From: Phoronis australis
Lineage: Eukaryota > Animalia > Phoronida
Direction: 5' to 3'
Length of the DNA stretch: 64,000 bases
NCBI GenBank assembly: GCA_002633005.1
Contig: NMRA01000180.1
Coordinates: 216,405-280,404 of the forward strand
The position numbers and the translations under genes were made by a program. Shown here piece after piece: positions 33,367 through 45,902 of this stretch. Below the pieces are notes generated by a model that saw nothing but the letters and a program-made list of their open reading frames with translations, searched no databases and was not told the origin of the DNA. Every line of letters starts with the position of its first letter. Positions within the stretch are counted from its first letter, which is position 1.

Positions 33367-35715
33367 CAACCAGTTACCATAGAACAACTTGCCTGCGAGC
33401 ACGTTGCTCCCAGTCAGCCACACAAACACACGCACAACGACTTGCGACAAATATGTTGCAAAAGGATTACCGAGTAAGAAGTCCGTGTTTTGAAACTCAG
33501 TGAGAATGTGCGTAGACGGTAATTTTGACTTCCGTCTTGTCTGCAAGATGCCGACCGGCCATACTGCGACTTGCGCGTCTTGCACTGGAACAGCTTAACG
33601 GTTACCCTACCTCGCCAAGGTGGGGCCGGTAAGTTGTAGCGCATGTGTGAAGTTGCGCAAACCTATAGCGTCCACACTTACTAAAAACAGCCACAGGTGA
33701 TTAGAAAAGGAAATTTGCTTGGGTAGCGCAGTGTGTGAACGAAACTTTATACTTACTCTGTCCAGGGACATACGCTTTGGGATCCTGAATGGTTGATTTT
33801 TCAGGAAAAGCTGGGCTGAAAATAAATAACAGGACTATAGTTGAAAAGATTAATTTACTCATCGTTTTACTAAATGAGTAAAAATAATGAGACACTAAAA
33901 TTTGTTAAAGCGAGACCACGTGCACATTGGCAACCTGACCACATTCCTGCAAATCCCAACCAAGATCGAAGTAATTAGAGACTCAAATGATGAGCATCAA
34001 TCGTGACATAGAATAACTACGAAAAAACTGAGTTAACTCACCCTTACACTTCAGAATTCAACCAGGTTACCATGTATGTTTACGGTTTGTTCGTAAAGAT
34101 TTCGAAATTTCTGTTGATATCAAAGCATTTTTCTTTTAATTTCAAAAGAACCGATCTGTCAACTGCTTGTCACTTCGTCGATTTTTCTCCAACACGGCAA
34201 AGCACCTCTCATTTGTTATGGCAAGACAATGATAGATATGACGCACTTCCCTTTTATGGAAAATGTGCCCTTTGATGTAAACAAAACAATTGCGACTTCA
34301 AGCAGCAGGCCGATTAAGAGGCAACTGGTGTTCTAATTGTATAAAATTAGTTGTAGGTAGTGTATCATTGAAATATAAAGGGCACTTGCGTTTATTCTTT
34401 GGAAAATTGCTTGCTTCACTGGCATACCTCATATTGAGCTGTCCACCACAGATTCACACATAATAATTTGCCATCTTGACAGTCAGCGGTTTGTCGAGTT
34501 ATCGTTGGCGCATGCGCCCATTTATCTAAGTGGCCGCAGGGAGATTAGAAACTCGGTGGTGACTACAGAGTTTTTCCTTCACGGGTATTTCAAAAATCGT
34601 GAATGTTGTGATTTTTTCTGGAAATTCCCTCACGGAAGAAAGCGAATAACTCTGTTTTGAACGTTGCGATATGGTTCTTTCGTCACGAATTGTTTAACAG
34701 ATATTTTTGGCGAGCTTTCGCATTCTCTACCTCATTAAACCAGGCGCGCAAATTTCACCCATTACTTATACCATATTTTCTTTACATATATACGATGTCC
34801 AACATTGCGATGGTAAATCGTCCCATCATACTGATCAAGGAAATAGCATGCCGATTAGGCGATGGCACTTGGTTTACCACAATTTCTAATTGCGGCCTGC
34901 TGGTTTAGTAGTTGGACCAATTATGCTGTACAAAGAGTGGAATTAATAGGAAATAGAATACTGCATGGCAATTGTTCAAAAGTTTTAGGTTGTAAAAGTC
35001 TTTTACGATATTCAAAGTTCTAACCACCTGTACGTTTCTCTATTTTTCTAGCCACTTAGATGAACGACTAGTGAATTTTTGTCCACTGAATCTGAGCCAG
35101 CATCAAGCGGAAGCTGCTTTATCGCTCTCATTACTCTAAGATATGAAAAGTTCGCTACTTGAGTCTCTATACAACATTAGACCTCTGCAGTTCTTATAGT
35201 GGCTGTTTAAAGCCTAACTTCAATGGAATTTTGTTATTTTAGATGTATTGTGCTAACCAGATAATCCTAGCAAAGCCTCAGTAAAATAAGGAAACGGGAG
35301 TTCAATAACGCAAATGTAAGCCCGTCAAATGATAAATGAAGCTGCCTTTTCGTGCCATGTTGCGTCGTCGCGAGATCCCAGCACAAACAACAAAAGATTG
35401 CATTAAATAGGGGTCTAAATAGAGTCCATTGCGTGCAGGTGTTATTTGCAGCTGTTTGAATTAAAAGGTGATTATCGTGGTGACGTAGACAATAGCAAAC
35501 CAATACGCAGTTCGTTACATTTGGCAGTTTATGACACTAGTGGACTCAGAGCGATGCTCTTAACATACTTTTGTGACCAAATTTCCAGGTGTTACCGTTG
35601 AAGATAGGCTTTAAGTTTGTAGAGTATTAACTTACAACATGGTTTCAGTGCAACATGCCCAAGAATGCCTATGAGCGCAAAATCATGAAATTGGGGTTGC
35701 TCTTTTCTCTGAGTA

Positions 35716-36238
35716 CATTACGGTGTTTTCCCGTTGCTCCCAACTTGTTCGATTCTATAGCCCAACAACAAGTTGGGAAGTTTACCCCTGTAGCCAATAT
35801 CTTACAGGACTCAGTGATTAACTCCATTGTGACATTTATGGTTGGAGGGCCAGCTCTCTTTTGTTCGATAATTGCTCTAATCTCCAATAAGATCGTATCT
35901 ACCCTGACTGGGTTGTGCTGTTAGAAATAAAAATTAAGTTATAACATATCTGAACATAAACCAATTGCATTCTGAAATCTTCATTAAATAGTGATAATGT
36001 TTAGTTTTTGAAATGCCAAAATCGCCCAACTGCAACCGAAGTTGCGACAATATATTCTTTCCAAAAACACAAATTCACTCTGAGTTTGACTGTGTTTACA
36101 AGTGGTAGATAATTGACCTGCTTGTTGTCGTAACAGACAAAACAGTGTGCTTGGCAGTTAACAAAGAAGCTAGATGTTATCACACGCTCAGAACTCCCTT
36201 CATCTGGTAAAGTCACTGATCGGGAAAACGCTGTCATG
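35716..36238 (+). repeat. ~500-bp diverged direct duplication, copy 2
   Basis: See 32864-33366; substitutions plus several short indels. Confidence 0.9.
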
Positions 36239-37101
36239 AATTTCCATACCGCAATCAGCACCATATCCCTTACGAAAATAATCTATAGGAGCCAATAGGA
36301 ATTCCTGTAGGAATATTGATTTCTTATAGGATTTCCTACAGAAAACTTCTGTTAGGAAATTTTCAGAAATCTGATTTCGAAACATATTGGACAACGTCTC
36401 TCAAGGCCATCGTGCGTTGGACTGAATAGTTCACTGAGTCACACACAAACAATTCTGCGCTAACAGAGGTAGACCCTGTTCCACCTCAGTAACGATGTTA
36501 TAAGTGGAGTAGCCCGCTCCTGGAAGTCCATCGATGACAATGACAAAATCCGATATACTCGGAATATACTGATACACCCATCTCGTTAACTGTTTTTTAT
36601 AAAGATTATTGTACCCAGTCAGATGCGGGTGAATAAAATAATGATTTTGACTCTCAGGGACATATGTTCTGCATTTGACTTTATCAGTAAACAAGTGCAT
36701 GTGTTGGGCATTGTATATGTGTAAATACAATATGTTATCAGCAATAGGTCTTCATTTTCTTCTGCTTGATTTTGGTCAAAAACCAACCGATCGTGGATCG
36801 GGCTTCATGCAAAGTAAACCTCGATGGCGTCAGTGGCCCAAGTACTGATCCAAGTACTGGCGAATTACGACTTTACCCTTCCAGTAATCGCATACCTCCC
36901 TTTTTCACCGGGCACATCAATGGTAGCTTTAACTTGGCCACTGTCTTACAATCACTGGACCCAGAAACACCCATTATGGGAGTGACTGTACCTTCTGTAG
37001 AGAAGATCTCAACATCGTATGTAATTCCGCTCATATCTGTGGCTGAAATGTATCCCAGTGTGACGTATATGACACTAATTAAGTGATAGGGTACTAATAA
37101 G

Positions 37102-37146
37102 TTGACGTTAAAACGTTTTCGCACCTCATGGTGCATCAGCGGTCAA
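37102..37146 (-). ncRNA. Degenerate type I hammerhead ribozyme-like motif
   Basis: Minus strand reads TTGACCG CTGAT GCACC-ATGA-GGTGC GAAA ACGTTT TA ACGTCAA: stem II, GAAA, palindromic stem III and a partial stem I are present, but the CUGAUGAN core is ~3 nt short. Confidence 0.55.
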
Positions 37147-37230
37147 TAATACAAACATTTCTAAGTCTAGTCAGCACGTCAACTGTGGCTACATCGCGTG
37201 ACCTAATGAATATATGTCTGAAAAGATTTT

Positions 37231-37307
37231 TGTCCCAACCGGGACTCGAACCCGTGACCTTCTGCTAACCGTGCAGACGCCTCAGTCCCGGACTGAACCA
37301 TCGGGAC
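37231..37307 (-). mobile_element. tRNA-derived SINE-like head (pseudo-tRNA)
   Basis: Acceptor stem GTCCCGA/TTGGGAC, A box TGGTTCAGTCCGG, B box GGTTCGAGTCC, stem TCTGC/GCAGA; the loop ACGGTTA lacks the conserved Y32-U33. Confidence 0.8.
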
Positions 37308-37444
37308 CACCGGTCACGTGATGAAGCCACAAGTGACGCGCAGACCAGACTTCGAAATGTTTGTGATACACGTTTACACGCCGGTTTAAGATTTATACAT
37401 TTATAAACAATCAATATTACTTACAAATTTATAGCTATGCTTCC

Positions 37445-37699
37445 CATGCGCGCACCCAACTTACAAAACGGGGGCTCTAATTTTTGAGAATTTGGAACTT
37501 TTACTAAGGTTTATGGGGAACGTTCAGAGCTATGAACTGCTCATTCGCCGAATTTTGGTAGTTTCTGTCTTTTTAGCGTATCTTGGTCTCGTTGTCTCCT
37601 TTTTTCAAAGTCTCTGTTTCTCTGAAGCGGACGTTTTTGCCCACTTCGCCAAGGGGTATCGTTCGAGCCCCCCTCCCCAGCCCCCTTGGGTGCATGCTG
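37445..37699 (+). mobile_element. CATGCGCGCACCCA-ended MITE (further copy)
   Basis: catgcgcgcacccaa ... ttgggtgcatgctg; shares gcggacgtttttgccca..cgttcgagcccc with 24637-24880. Confidence 0.8.
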
Positions 37700-38629
37700 C
37701 TATTCCATTTGCTGCTTAAAAATGAAACCAGAAGTATGTGAAACTGCTTGGAAGCTTGGACAGTGGATGTAGGTATGTCATGGTTTTTACTTAATGGGAC
37801 GGGGAAATCTTGTGTAAAAGCACAAATGAATACGGCAATGCCCCAATTCCACCTTGTGTGTCGAAAACTGCGGGACATTTTCATGATGTGGTGGGTCAAA
37901 AAGCAGGGCGGTCCCGCCAAAAAGGGGGCAGTTGACAAGTAATAGTATTGACTGTGTTATCTATAGACCTACCGTATATTTGCCGTTATCACACATTCTG
38001 TGTATAGTTACTTTGGTTATTTGATTTTCAGTGAGTTCAGTGCACTTAAACGGTTTAATACAATGTGAAAGACGACAGCAACACGAGACTCTTCAAAAAA
38101 TCACCCTGCCACATAATTTTAAGTACCGTTAGTTCAATAAACATCTAGAGGTAGTAGACTGGGTATCTGCTCCACAGATTTTTCTGCAGAAATATTTCAA
38201 GTCAGCAGATTATTAACTCTATTCCCATACAGTGCTGCTAAAGACTTACGAGCTATTCCGTGGGCTGACACATTCACAAACCCTCCGCGCTGTATAGGAC
38301 ATGGTGAAAAACTGGCCTCGAATTTCACCGGACAGTCTGAAATAGATAGCTGTCGAATTTATTTCGTTTACTTAGAATTAATCGAAAAGTTTGTCTCGTG
38401 CAATTGCTTGTCACAATCGCACACCCCGGGTATTTTCTTCGCCTCAAATTATGATCTGTGTCTACATTATGCGAACTTCAATCATAACAACAAGACATGT
38501 GACATCTCAAAATAAAGGTATTTTAATGCGCCGAGATGGCCCTGGCTTAACAACATAAACAACACGTCACAAGCCACCGTACGTCCCGCATTTCACAGTG
38601 ACGCTGGAATCTCGTACAATGCCATAAAC

Positions 38630-38900
38630 ATCTGCCAGGCACAATTAATTGCTGCCTCGTTTTCATGCCACTGGAGTTTCAAATGTTATTTTTGTTGTCT
38701 GATTCTTTTTCTCGGTTACATTACTTCATTCGTCCTTCCAATGCAAACAGAGTATTACTGCTGTTCTGTAGGCTGAAATTCCTACGTGACAAAGTTTAGC
38801 AAATTCGACAAATGCCCATGGATGCGAGGTCACTTGGCGCTTTCTTATCTCTAGGACAAATGAGAGTTCTCTCACCGTGTAATCCACGACGGCCCTATTA
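38630..38900 (+). mobile_element. THAP-domain transposon remnant, copy 1
   Basis: EYYCCSVG*NSYVTKFSKFDKCPWMR; the upstream gctgcctcgttttc.tgccactggagtttca is shared with 49035. Confidence 0.65.
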
Positions 38901-39947
38901 GAATATAAGACGTATCGTCCGACTTTCAGACCTGCTAGGCGGAGCCTGTATGATTTTAAGCATCTTTTGACCAAATCTTTTTATAATTGATGTTCACTTG
39001 TCCGCAAATCTGATACACCACCAAGTGATAAATTGAGGCTTCAGATATACTTGAGTTGTTCCGGGTGACACAATAGTTCACGATAGAGTCATATTTCCCT
39101 TTCTCATCTCTGAAACTCCTGTGAATCTACCGATATATTTGGACAATCTAAGAAACTCGACAATTTTTCACGTGTTGCACTGATTGGTGAGTTTTTACTC
39201 TGATGCATCTCAATAATCGTCCGACTATTGGCCGATATTAGTGGCCATTTATTCTCCCAGTATCGGATCGACATCGGAAACTTTATGTGACCGACTAGAA
39301 ATTAGCTGGATAGTGCTTTTGTTTCTCAGGGAAGGTATTAATTCATGGTCTAAAACAGCATGAAATAGCGAATTGGAATTAGTTTTGAGTGGAAACGTAT
39401 CGAGAACATCACTTTAAAATATGATTTCCAGTATTTATGAATTACGAAATATTACCTTTACATGGCACAACCTTGCATTCAGCATCGCAGCTCGGAATAA
39501 AGAGAAAGGCTACGGCAAGGAACAGTGACGCTTTCAAAGGTGTCATCTGAAAACAAATGTACAACTATAATATTCTTTTAAGGCCATTATTTAATGTTGC
39601 GTTTCATTGAATAACCAATATCAAATTCACAGCCACCAGTGAAAGGTACATTACCGGTTTTACGGACGAAAACACAGTTTTGGGATTATTGTTATTATTA
39701 TAAATTTCTTTCAGTTAAAAGCATGAAAGTTTTGAGACTTCCAGTTGAGAAAATACAGAAAAAAAAATTGAACTTACAACTGGAATTTGAAATAAAAGTT
39801 ACTAGAGGTAGCGACGTTGTGTCCGTCTCTCAAATAAATCCCTTGTGTTTTTGTAATTTGATTGCTAATTCTCGTCATTGCCTGTCAGTCATTCATTGAT
39901 TAATGGGCGGTGACTTTACCTGTTAAGCAAGCTTAAAACTAAAAAGT

Positions 39948-40240
39948 GACCACTGTCTCTGTTGGCCCCAGTGGAGGCGATGAAGTTCTTGTAGGAGAAC
40001 AACATGACTTTAGTGTTTTAAAAAACATCAAAGTCCTGTTGTTCTACGGTACTTTTTACACATAGAAGGACACCTTAGGAGACCGTCGATGTCTTTAATT
40101 CCTTCCAACTCAAACAAGTACTCCCGTAATCCGTCGTTTAGTTTCCCAAATCGGCAACTGGCCTTTTTTACACTGAGCTCGCTGCTATTTTTACCGCGCC
40201 CACCAGTCCCTAATGGGGCCCGCTAGAGACGGTGATCATC
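39948..40240 (+). repeat. Rearranged second copy of the repeat in the PGS1 5' region (20140-20440)
   Basis: agaccgtcgatgtctttaattccttccaactcaaacaagtactcc matches the reverse complement of 20237-20282; ctatttttacc..ccag and gctagagacggtg match 20146 and 20426 in forward orientation. Confidence 0.7.
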
Positions 40241-42396
40241 TTTTAGCTCGAAATAAACCGCCATCTATCGAGGGGGGTTTTAAACTCCACCAGAAGAATA
40301 TTAAACCGCGAGCGCGGGTGTTTGGGGCTTGATTCCGCGCTGATGTTATCTCAGAAAATCACGTTCCTCGCCGACAGTATCCTTTTAAGTAGATGCTTTT
40401 AACGTCTCGGGCTGCATGTCATCTTGCAATAACATACATACAAGCACCGTTGGCAAATCAGTTCTTACTAAGTGTGTATAGACCGTGGTTTGAAATTTGA
40501 ACCATATCCAAGTCGAGAAATAAATTGCCAGGTCACAGATACATCACGAAACTAGTAAGACGCGAAGAAGTTAACGTACTGTTTTTGAAACATTCTTGTT
40601 GGCAGGTAACATTATTTGTCGTCTCCAGTACACAGTTATAACATTTTTCTCCTTGGCCTTTAGTAGCCTAAGTTGGTTAAGGGTCATAGTTTTTGCACCC
40701 GAAAAACATACTATTATTGACTGGGATAAACTTGTTGGAGTTACATGTATTAAGAGCTTTAGAACAATGAATTCCCGCAGTAGTTTGTTAGGTATTCGTG
40801 AAAATCAAAGACGGTGACTTTTAACCAAAACGCTTAAAATACCCTGCCACATTCTATGTGACAGTTACATGTAGCTCAGTCAGCAATGTAGGCTGCAACG
40901 CCAGAGTTTCAGATTAGATTCCAGGCTGGGGTTGGCCTCAGAAAAAGATTTTCTCGCCGATGACGTCACTTTAAAGATAAACGTTTACTACAATCGTTTT
41001 AATTAAAGAACTGATTTTTTCAATAATTTGGAAGGAGGTTTGACGAGTACTAGCTCAATTTGACCGCACGTGAAATCTCACGAGTATCGCATGAGATGAT
41101 TCAAGAGAACGCTGATGTCCTATGTGCAAGAGATGTTTTGGAGTCTTATATCAGTTCTTACCTTACAGCTGGCTTGTCAATGAAGACACTGCACGTAAAG
41201 TAGGAGGTCCAATTCTGCTCTACCGGCCAGTCGGATGATGGAGTTTCCCTGTGTAAAAATTTGCAGTTCAAGCGTGTGTGTATTGTCAACTGCAGATATT
41301 TACTGCTTCACTGGCTCATCAGATACCGCCTTTCTGAAACTGACGTTGCTGATACTGAAACCAGGAAGTTAGATAAAAATTATTTCAATGTTTTTACATG
41401 AATGGCATCCTTTAACTTCCTTCCTCGTTGTCTTTTTATAAAACATTATCTTGTACGTGAATCGTGAACCTCGTGTAGAACGAAATCGATCTAAAACGTG
41501 ACCGACCTAAGTGAATTCTTTGGCTACCACTTCAAATTTTTGAAATCACGAAAACCCTTTCCGTTGATTATCACGTGAAATATGGTAGAACAAGACGGTT
41601 TCTTTAGTTTTTAAAGTTGACTTGCATTCAGCGAGCAGGATATTTCCTTTATTTTACGACAGCTGAATATCCTACTGCAGTGAACCACGAATTCGTGGAA
41701 ATAAAAGCTGTTTTAATTATGTCAGTTGGTGGTGTCTAATTGAAGTAACGTCCATTGCAAAACACGTAATGTCTAGCACAATACGAACACTCAACGGGTT
41801 GTTAATAATCGTGAACCAAACTATAACTGACAAAATAGAATTTTCGTTTTAAAGCCATTGTTCAAATTAGAGTGAGTATTTACGACATGTCCGATTTGCT
41901 TTGACAGACGTAATGGCGCATTAAATGCACGTGCGCGTTATTTTGTTGATGCGCTTAGCTCTAGCTTCTATTGCCAGAAAAGAAATTTTTAATCTGTAGC
42001 AGCATTTCTATATTTTCTGCTAACGTTGGTCCTTACAATTTACGTGGAGGTCATATACCCACTCATAGTCCTGCGGGAACCTGTGACTGATTGAGTGAAA
42101 CGGTCCTAATGGGGACTCCTATACGATCCCTACAATTTCAGCGGACTTTGCGCAAATATTGGTTGTCTTTTCTTGCGCTATTTTACTTTGTTACGCTATG
42201 TTTTCACTTTTATAGGTACACTATGCGTTAAGTCCCTCATGTTATTGAAAATTAATAAATGTTTCAGTTTCGAGTTTTCCCAGGTGAAACAAGTTGTAAT
42301 CCATGGCGTGTCCTTTTGGCGCGTGATGCAGTCAAGTGTCGGTTTCGGTCACCTGAATTGTACCCCAAATATTACGAAGCTTGTGAGCGTATATGA

Positions 42397-42545
42397 CAGG
42401 GGCGCATCCAGGATTTCGAGTTAGGGAGGACCAGCTGGGCAGAGTATTAGCCATGATTTTGCCTGTCATGCATTCGCACCCCTGAACTGTCAAATGGAAC
42501 CTGGGAGAATTTTAGGAGGGGCCTGGCCGCCTTGGCCCCCCTCTA
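42397..42545 (+). repeat. CAGGGGCGGATCCAGG-type MITE with an inverted copy at 58989-59118
   Basis: atccaggatttcgagttaggg..agagtatta..gattttgcc..ctgggagaattttagg shared between both loci. Confidence 0.75.
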
Positions 42546-43096
42546 AGCCCTCACTGAGATGTGCTCCAGTTGCTGTGTTCGTCAACTGAGCATTGGACAT
42601 ATATCGTCCCCGATTGCACGACGCAAGTTCCTCTGTTAACATCAGTTATTCCAGGAAAACTTGGCAACCCTGCAATTTTAGGTAACAGCTTGAGCGCAAT
42701 ACCAATTATTTATAAGTAATGTGACCAGAGTGGTAGAAGAGGAGTTTTACGACATAAATTACCACATTTAATGTTCACGGAATCAATTTATGTGATAACA
42801 GGGTCATTTTATTTCCTGCTCCTATTTTCAGGTCACTGTCATTCATCCACCAGTCTAATTTGTAATGGTTAATGGACACGAGTATTAGTGAATTTTTCAA
42901 GAGAGAGTGAAGGGGCAAACAAATCAACATACTAGACTTGATCTAATGATCACGCGTAATACGTCAGCTTGTTTGCTGTTAACACACAAACTAGTAGAAT
43001 TTCGCGGCTTTGTTACAAGATGTTCGTATACTGCGCGCAAAATGTTGGGAAGCTGACACCGTTATCACCAAATGATTCCATAGGCTCTAAATTGTT

Positions 43097-43101
43097 AAAA
43101 A
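43097..43101 (-). terminator. Pol III terminator (T5) of tRNA-Leu
   Basis: TTTTT 5 nt after the discriminator base on the - strand. Confidence 0.7.
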
Positions 43102-43106
43102 TTATG

Positions 43107-43227
43107 TGTCAGAAGTGGGATTCGAACCCACGCCCACATTCGTGGACCAGAACACTCTACCCTGCTGTGCCCAGGGCAAGGCTTCTTGCCTTGAGTCTGG
43201 CGCCTTAGACCGCTCGGCCATCCTGAC
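43107..43227 (-). tRNA. tRNA-Leu-CAA: tRNA-Leu(CAA) with a 37-nt intron (43153-43189)
   Basis: GTCAGGATGGCCGAGCGGTCTAAGGCGCCAGACTCAAG [intron] TTCTGGTCCACGAATGTGGGCGTGGGTTCGAATCCCACTTCTGACA; 84 nt mature, long variable arm, anticodon at 43191-43193. Confidence 0.96.
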
Positions 43228-44377
43228 CTTGATAACAGGTACGCTTGAAAGATAAACGAAACTTGTATATTTTGTTCGTCCATCTATATTCAGCTTTATG
43301 GAGATAGATTATTGATGGAAAGGTTGTTTTCACAAATGTAGTTGGAGCTGCATTTCGCCGTTTAGCTGGCTAAAAGAAATAAAGATTGTGTCGTGCCTTT
43401 TTCTGTCATAAAATCGGTATCATAAGATCCCTTACCATGAAAGGAATCCCTATCTGCAACCAACTCAAATACAAGCGCGCCATTTTCAAATTCGCAATTT
43501 AAGGTTTTACTAATAACCCGATAAACACGTGTTTATTGGGTCCTACCATGGATCTTTTCTTAAGTCGCTGATGATTTCGATTTTCTTGTTAGAAACCTGT
43601 CATTGTAGGGAATGTTTTAATATTGATTTTATGAAAGTGAAATGCCTTATTCGATTTTTGATTTTAGCCACCTAAAATAAAGTGATGGAAATGCTGTTTT
43701 CGTTAGTCTGCCATTTTATAAATCAACGTCGTTATCTTCTTCGGAATTTTGACACTACACCTAAAACAGTGACTTGCATGTCCATTGGTCACTGCGAAAA
43801 TCTTCTCAGTTTTTGTTACACATCCAACACAAAATATCTAAAACAGTCGCCCTCCGGTGATAATTGGGATTATCTCATAACCTCAAAACCCGTTTATTAA
43901 TTTTGGGTTTGAGGTTAAGTTAAAAGTGTTTCAATAACGCATGCTCGCACCTATCGCAAGCTCCGCCCCCTTGCGAAATATCGACAAAGAAACAATGAAT
44001 TTTACCCGGCAACGAGTTGTTTGTCGGGTAAAATGGCGACGAAGGTGGGTCAAGAATGCTGCGTTGTGATTGGTTTGTTGTTAAGCCGTCACTCAAACCC
44101 CTAATAGGTCAATTGTTTGAATGTTTAAGTAAATTACTGTTCAATGTCGGCGAATTCACAACAGTCGTATCAACCAGGGAAATGTCCGGTAAAAGACGTG
44201 TACAGTGCACGCTGTTAGATAATAAGCTGTAGCTCGTGGTCCGGCCGAGGTTATAGCAAGTCCGAGTCAAGTTCCTGCCGAGACTATTCACTTCATGGCT
44301 TATTTGGAGGCCAAGGGATTTTACTGCCTGATCGATGGGTGCCGCTCAGCGAGGCGCATAGGCAAGGAGAATCAACA

Positions 44378-44760
44378 ATTGGTCGGATTTCAAAACCACT
44401 TGCCCGATGGCCTCACCCAAAAACATGATTAGTTGGCTGGACCCAAAGCACGATGGCCGGTGCTGTAACCAGTGGGCCGGTGATCAAACACGATGGCCGG
44501 ACTTCATCGGCAGTTGCTTTGAATGTCTCGAAGGATTCAAGTGACATCTAGTGTCTATTTTTCGTAGCTACGTGTTTGCTTTGCTCCATATCGGCAATTT
44601 GTTAGACCATTGTGTTTGAGCACCAGCCAACTCGTTTTAGGTCCTACCAACCAGTTTTTTGGGTGCGGCCATCTGGTTCTGAGGTACCGGCCAACCTGTT
44701 TTGAGGTCCGACCACCAAGTTAGATCACCGGCCATTTGGTTCCACAGTCCAGCCAGCGCG
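44378..44760. mobile_element. Foldback-like element with modular ~21-bp repeats in inverted arms
   Basis: Left units (ttggtcgga.., gatggcc.., ttggctgga..) mirror right units (..ccagccaa, ..ggccatc, ..tccgacca). Confidence 0.6.
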
Positions 44761-44811
44761 GACAGTGTTGTCTTTACGCAGAGGAGTCGGCACGAAAAGG
44801 AAAAACATTAA

Positions 44812-45902
44812 AGGCGAAGGCAACCTTTTTTCATGTTGGAGCTAAAATAAGGTTGGTTGGTTATCCTAGACATATTTTCCACTTAATTACAGCTTTTCAT
44901 AATTTTGTTAATTACTCGTCCGCTACTCCGGAAGTGATGTTTTAGGAGGCAAGCATTTCGCGCCAATTTCTTTTCATATAGTCTGACTGTGATAGCTGCC
45001 GACTCAATCATTGTTCTACCTCGGTTGTGTTAAGTTCCGTCGTCGTTTGCTTTCATTTACTAGTCAGTCAACATGCCACTCTGTTGCTGCGTACCGGGAT
45101 GTACAAATTATGGTCTCACGCGCGCTTTGGGAGTACCTTTGCATCGCTTTCCGANNNNNNNNNNNNNNNNNNNNNNNNNNNNNNNNNNNNNNNNNNNNNN
45201 NNNNNNNNNNNNNNNNNNNNNNNNNNNNNNNNNNNNNNNNNNNNNNNNNNNNNNNNNNNNNNNNNNNNNNNNNNNNNNNNNNNNNNNNNNNNNNNNNNNN
45301 NNNNNNNNNNNNNNNNNNNNNNNNNNNNNNNNNNNNNNNNNNNNNNNNNNNNNNNNNNNNNNNNNNNNNNNNNNNNNNNNNNNNNNNNNNNNNNNNNNNN
45401 NNNNNNNNNNNNNNNNNNNNNNNNNNNNNNNNNNNNNNNNNNNNNNNNNNNNNNNNNNNNNNNNNNNNNNNNNNNNNNNNNNNNNNNNNNNNNNTCACCA
45501 CTGCTGTGAACAAGGTCTCCGTCACTCACACTACTGTCACTGTGATACGGGTCACCGAGTCCAGCCATTTTCAGCTTACAACACCCTAAGCAATCCCTAA
45601 ATCCAACGTAGTTGAGTTCTCTACTAACCTATGTTGCCGCAGAATACTCACCGATGGAAAGTGGTGGTGACAATTGTTGAAAAACAGCACAAAACAAAAA
45701 TAGAACACAACAGATTCGCACGGTAAACTCAACGCAAAACCAAGTGGCGGGAAACGCTTGCCTCCTAAAACGTCACTTCCGGAGTAGCGGACGAGTAATT
45801 AATAAAATTACGAAAATCTGTAATTAAGTGGAAAATATGTCTAGGATAACCAACCAACCTTATTTTAGCTCAAAATGACATGAAAAAAGGTTGCCTTCGC
45901 CT
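44812..45902 (+). mobile_element. Kolobok-type DNA transposon derivative with ~155-bp TIRs and a THAP N-terminus
   Basis: TTAA at 44808-44811 and 45903-45906; near-identical TIRs at 44812-44965 and 45745-45902 beginning AGGCGAAGG; ATG 45073 gives MPLCCCVPGCTN..GVPLHRFP, then an N gap. Confidence 0.9.

Noticed and set aside
37231-37307. Functional tRNA gene
   Set aside because: The anticodon loop lacks Y32/U33 and the D arm is irregular; treated as a SINE-like head. Similar weaker heads at about 23115, 40870 and 61070 were not listed.
45011-45600. Long ORFs of 150-192 aa
   Set aside because: They are open only because of the N gap; only the THAP start is informative. The same applies to ORFs over gaps 2806-2942 and 15467-15647.
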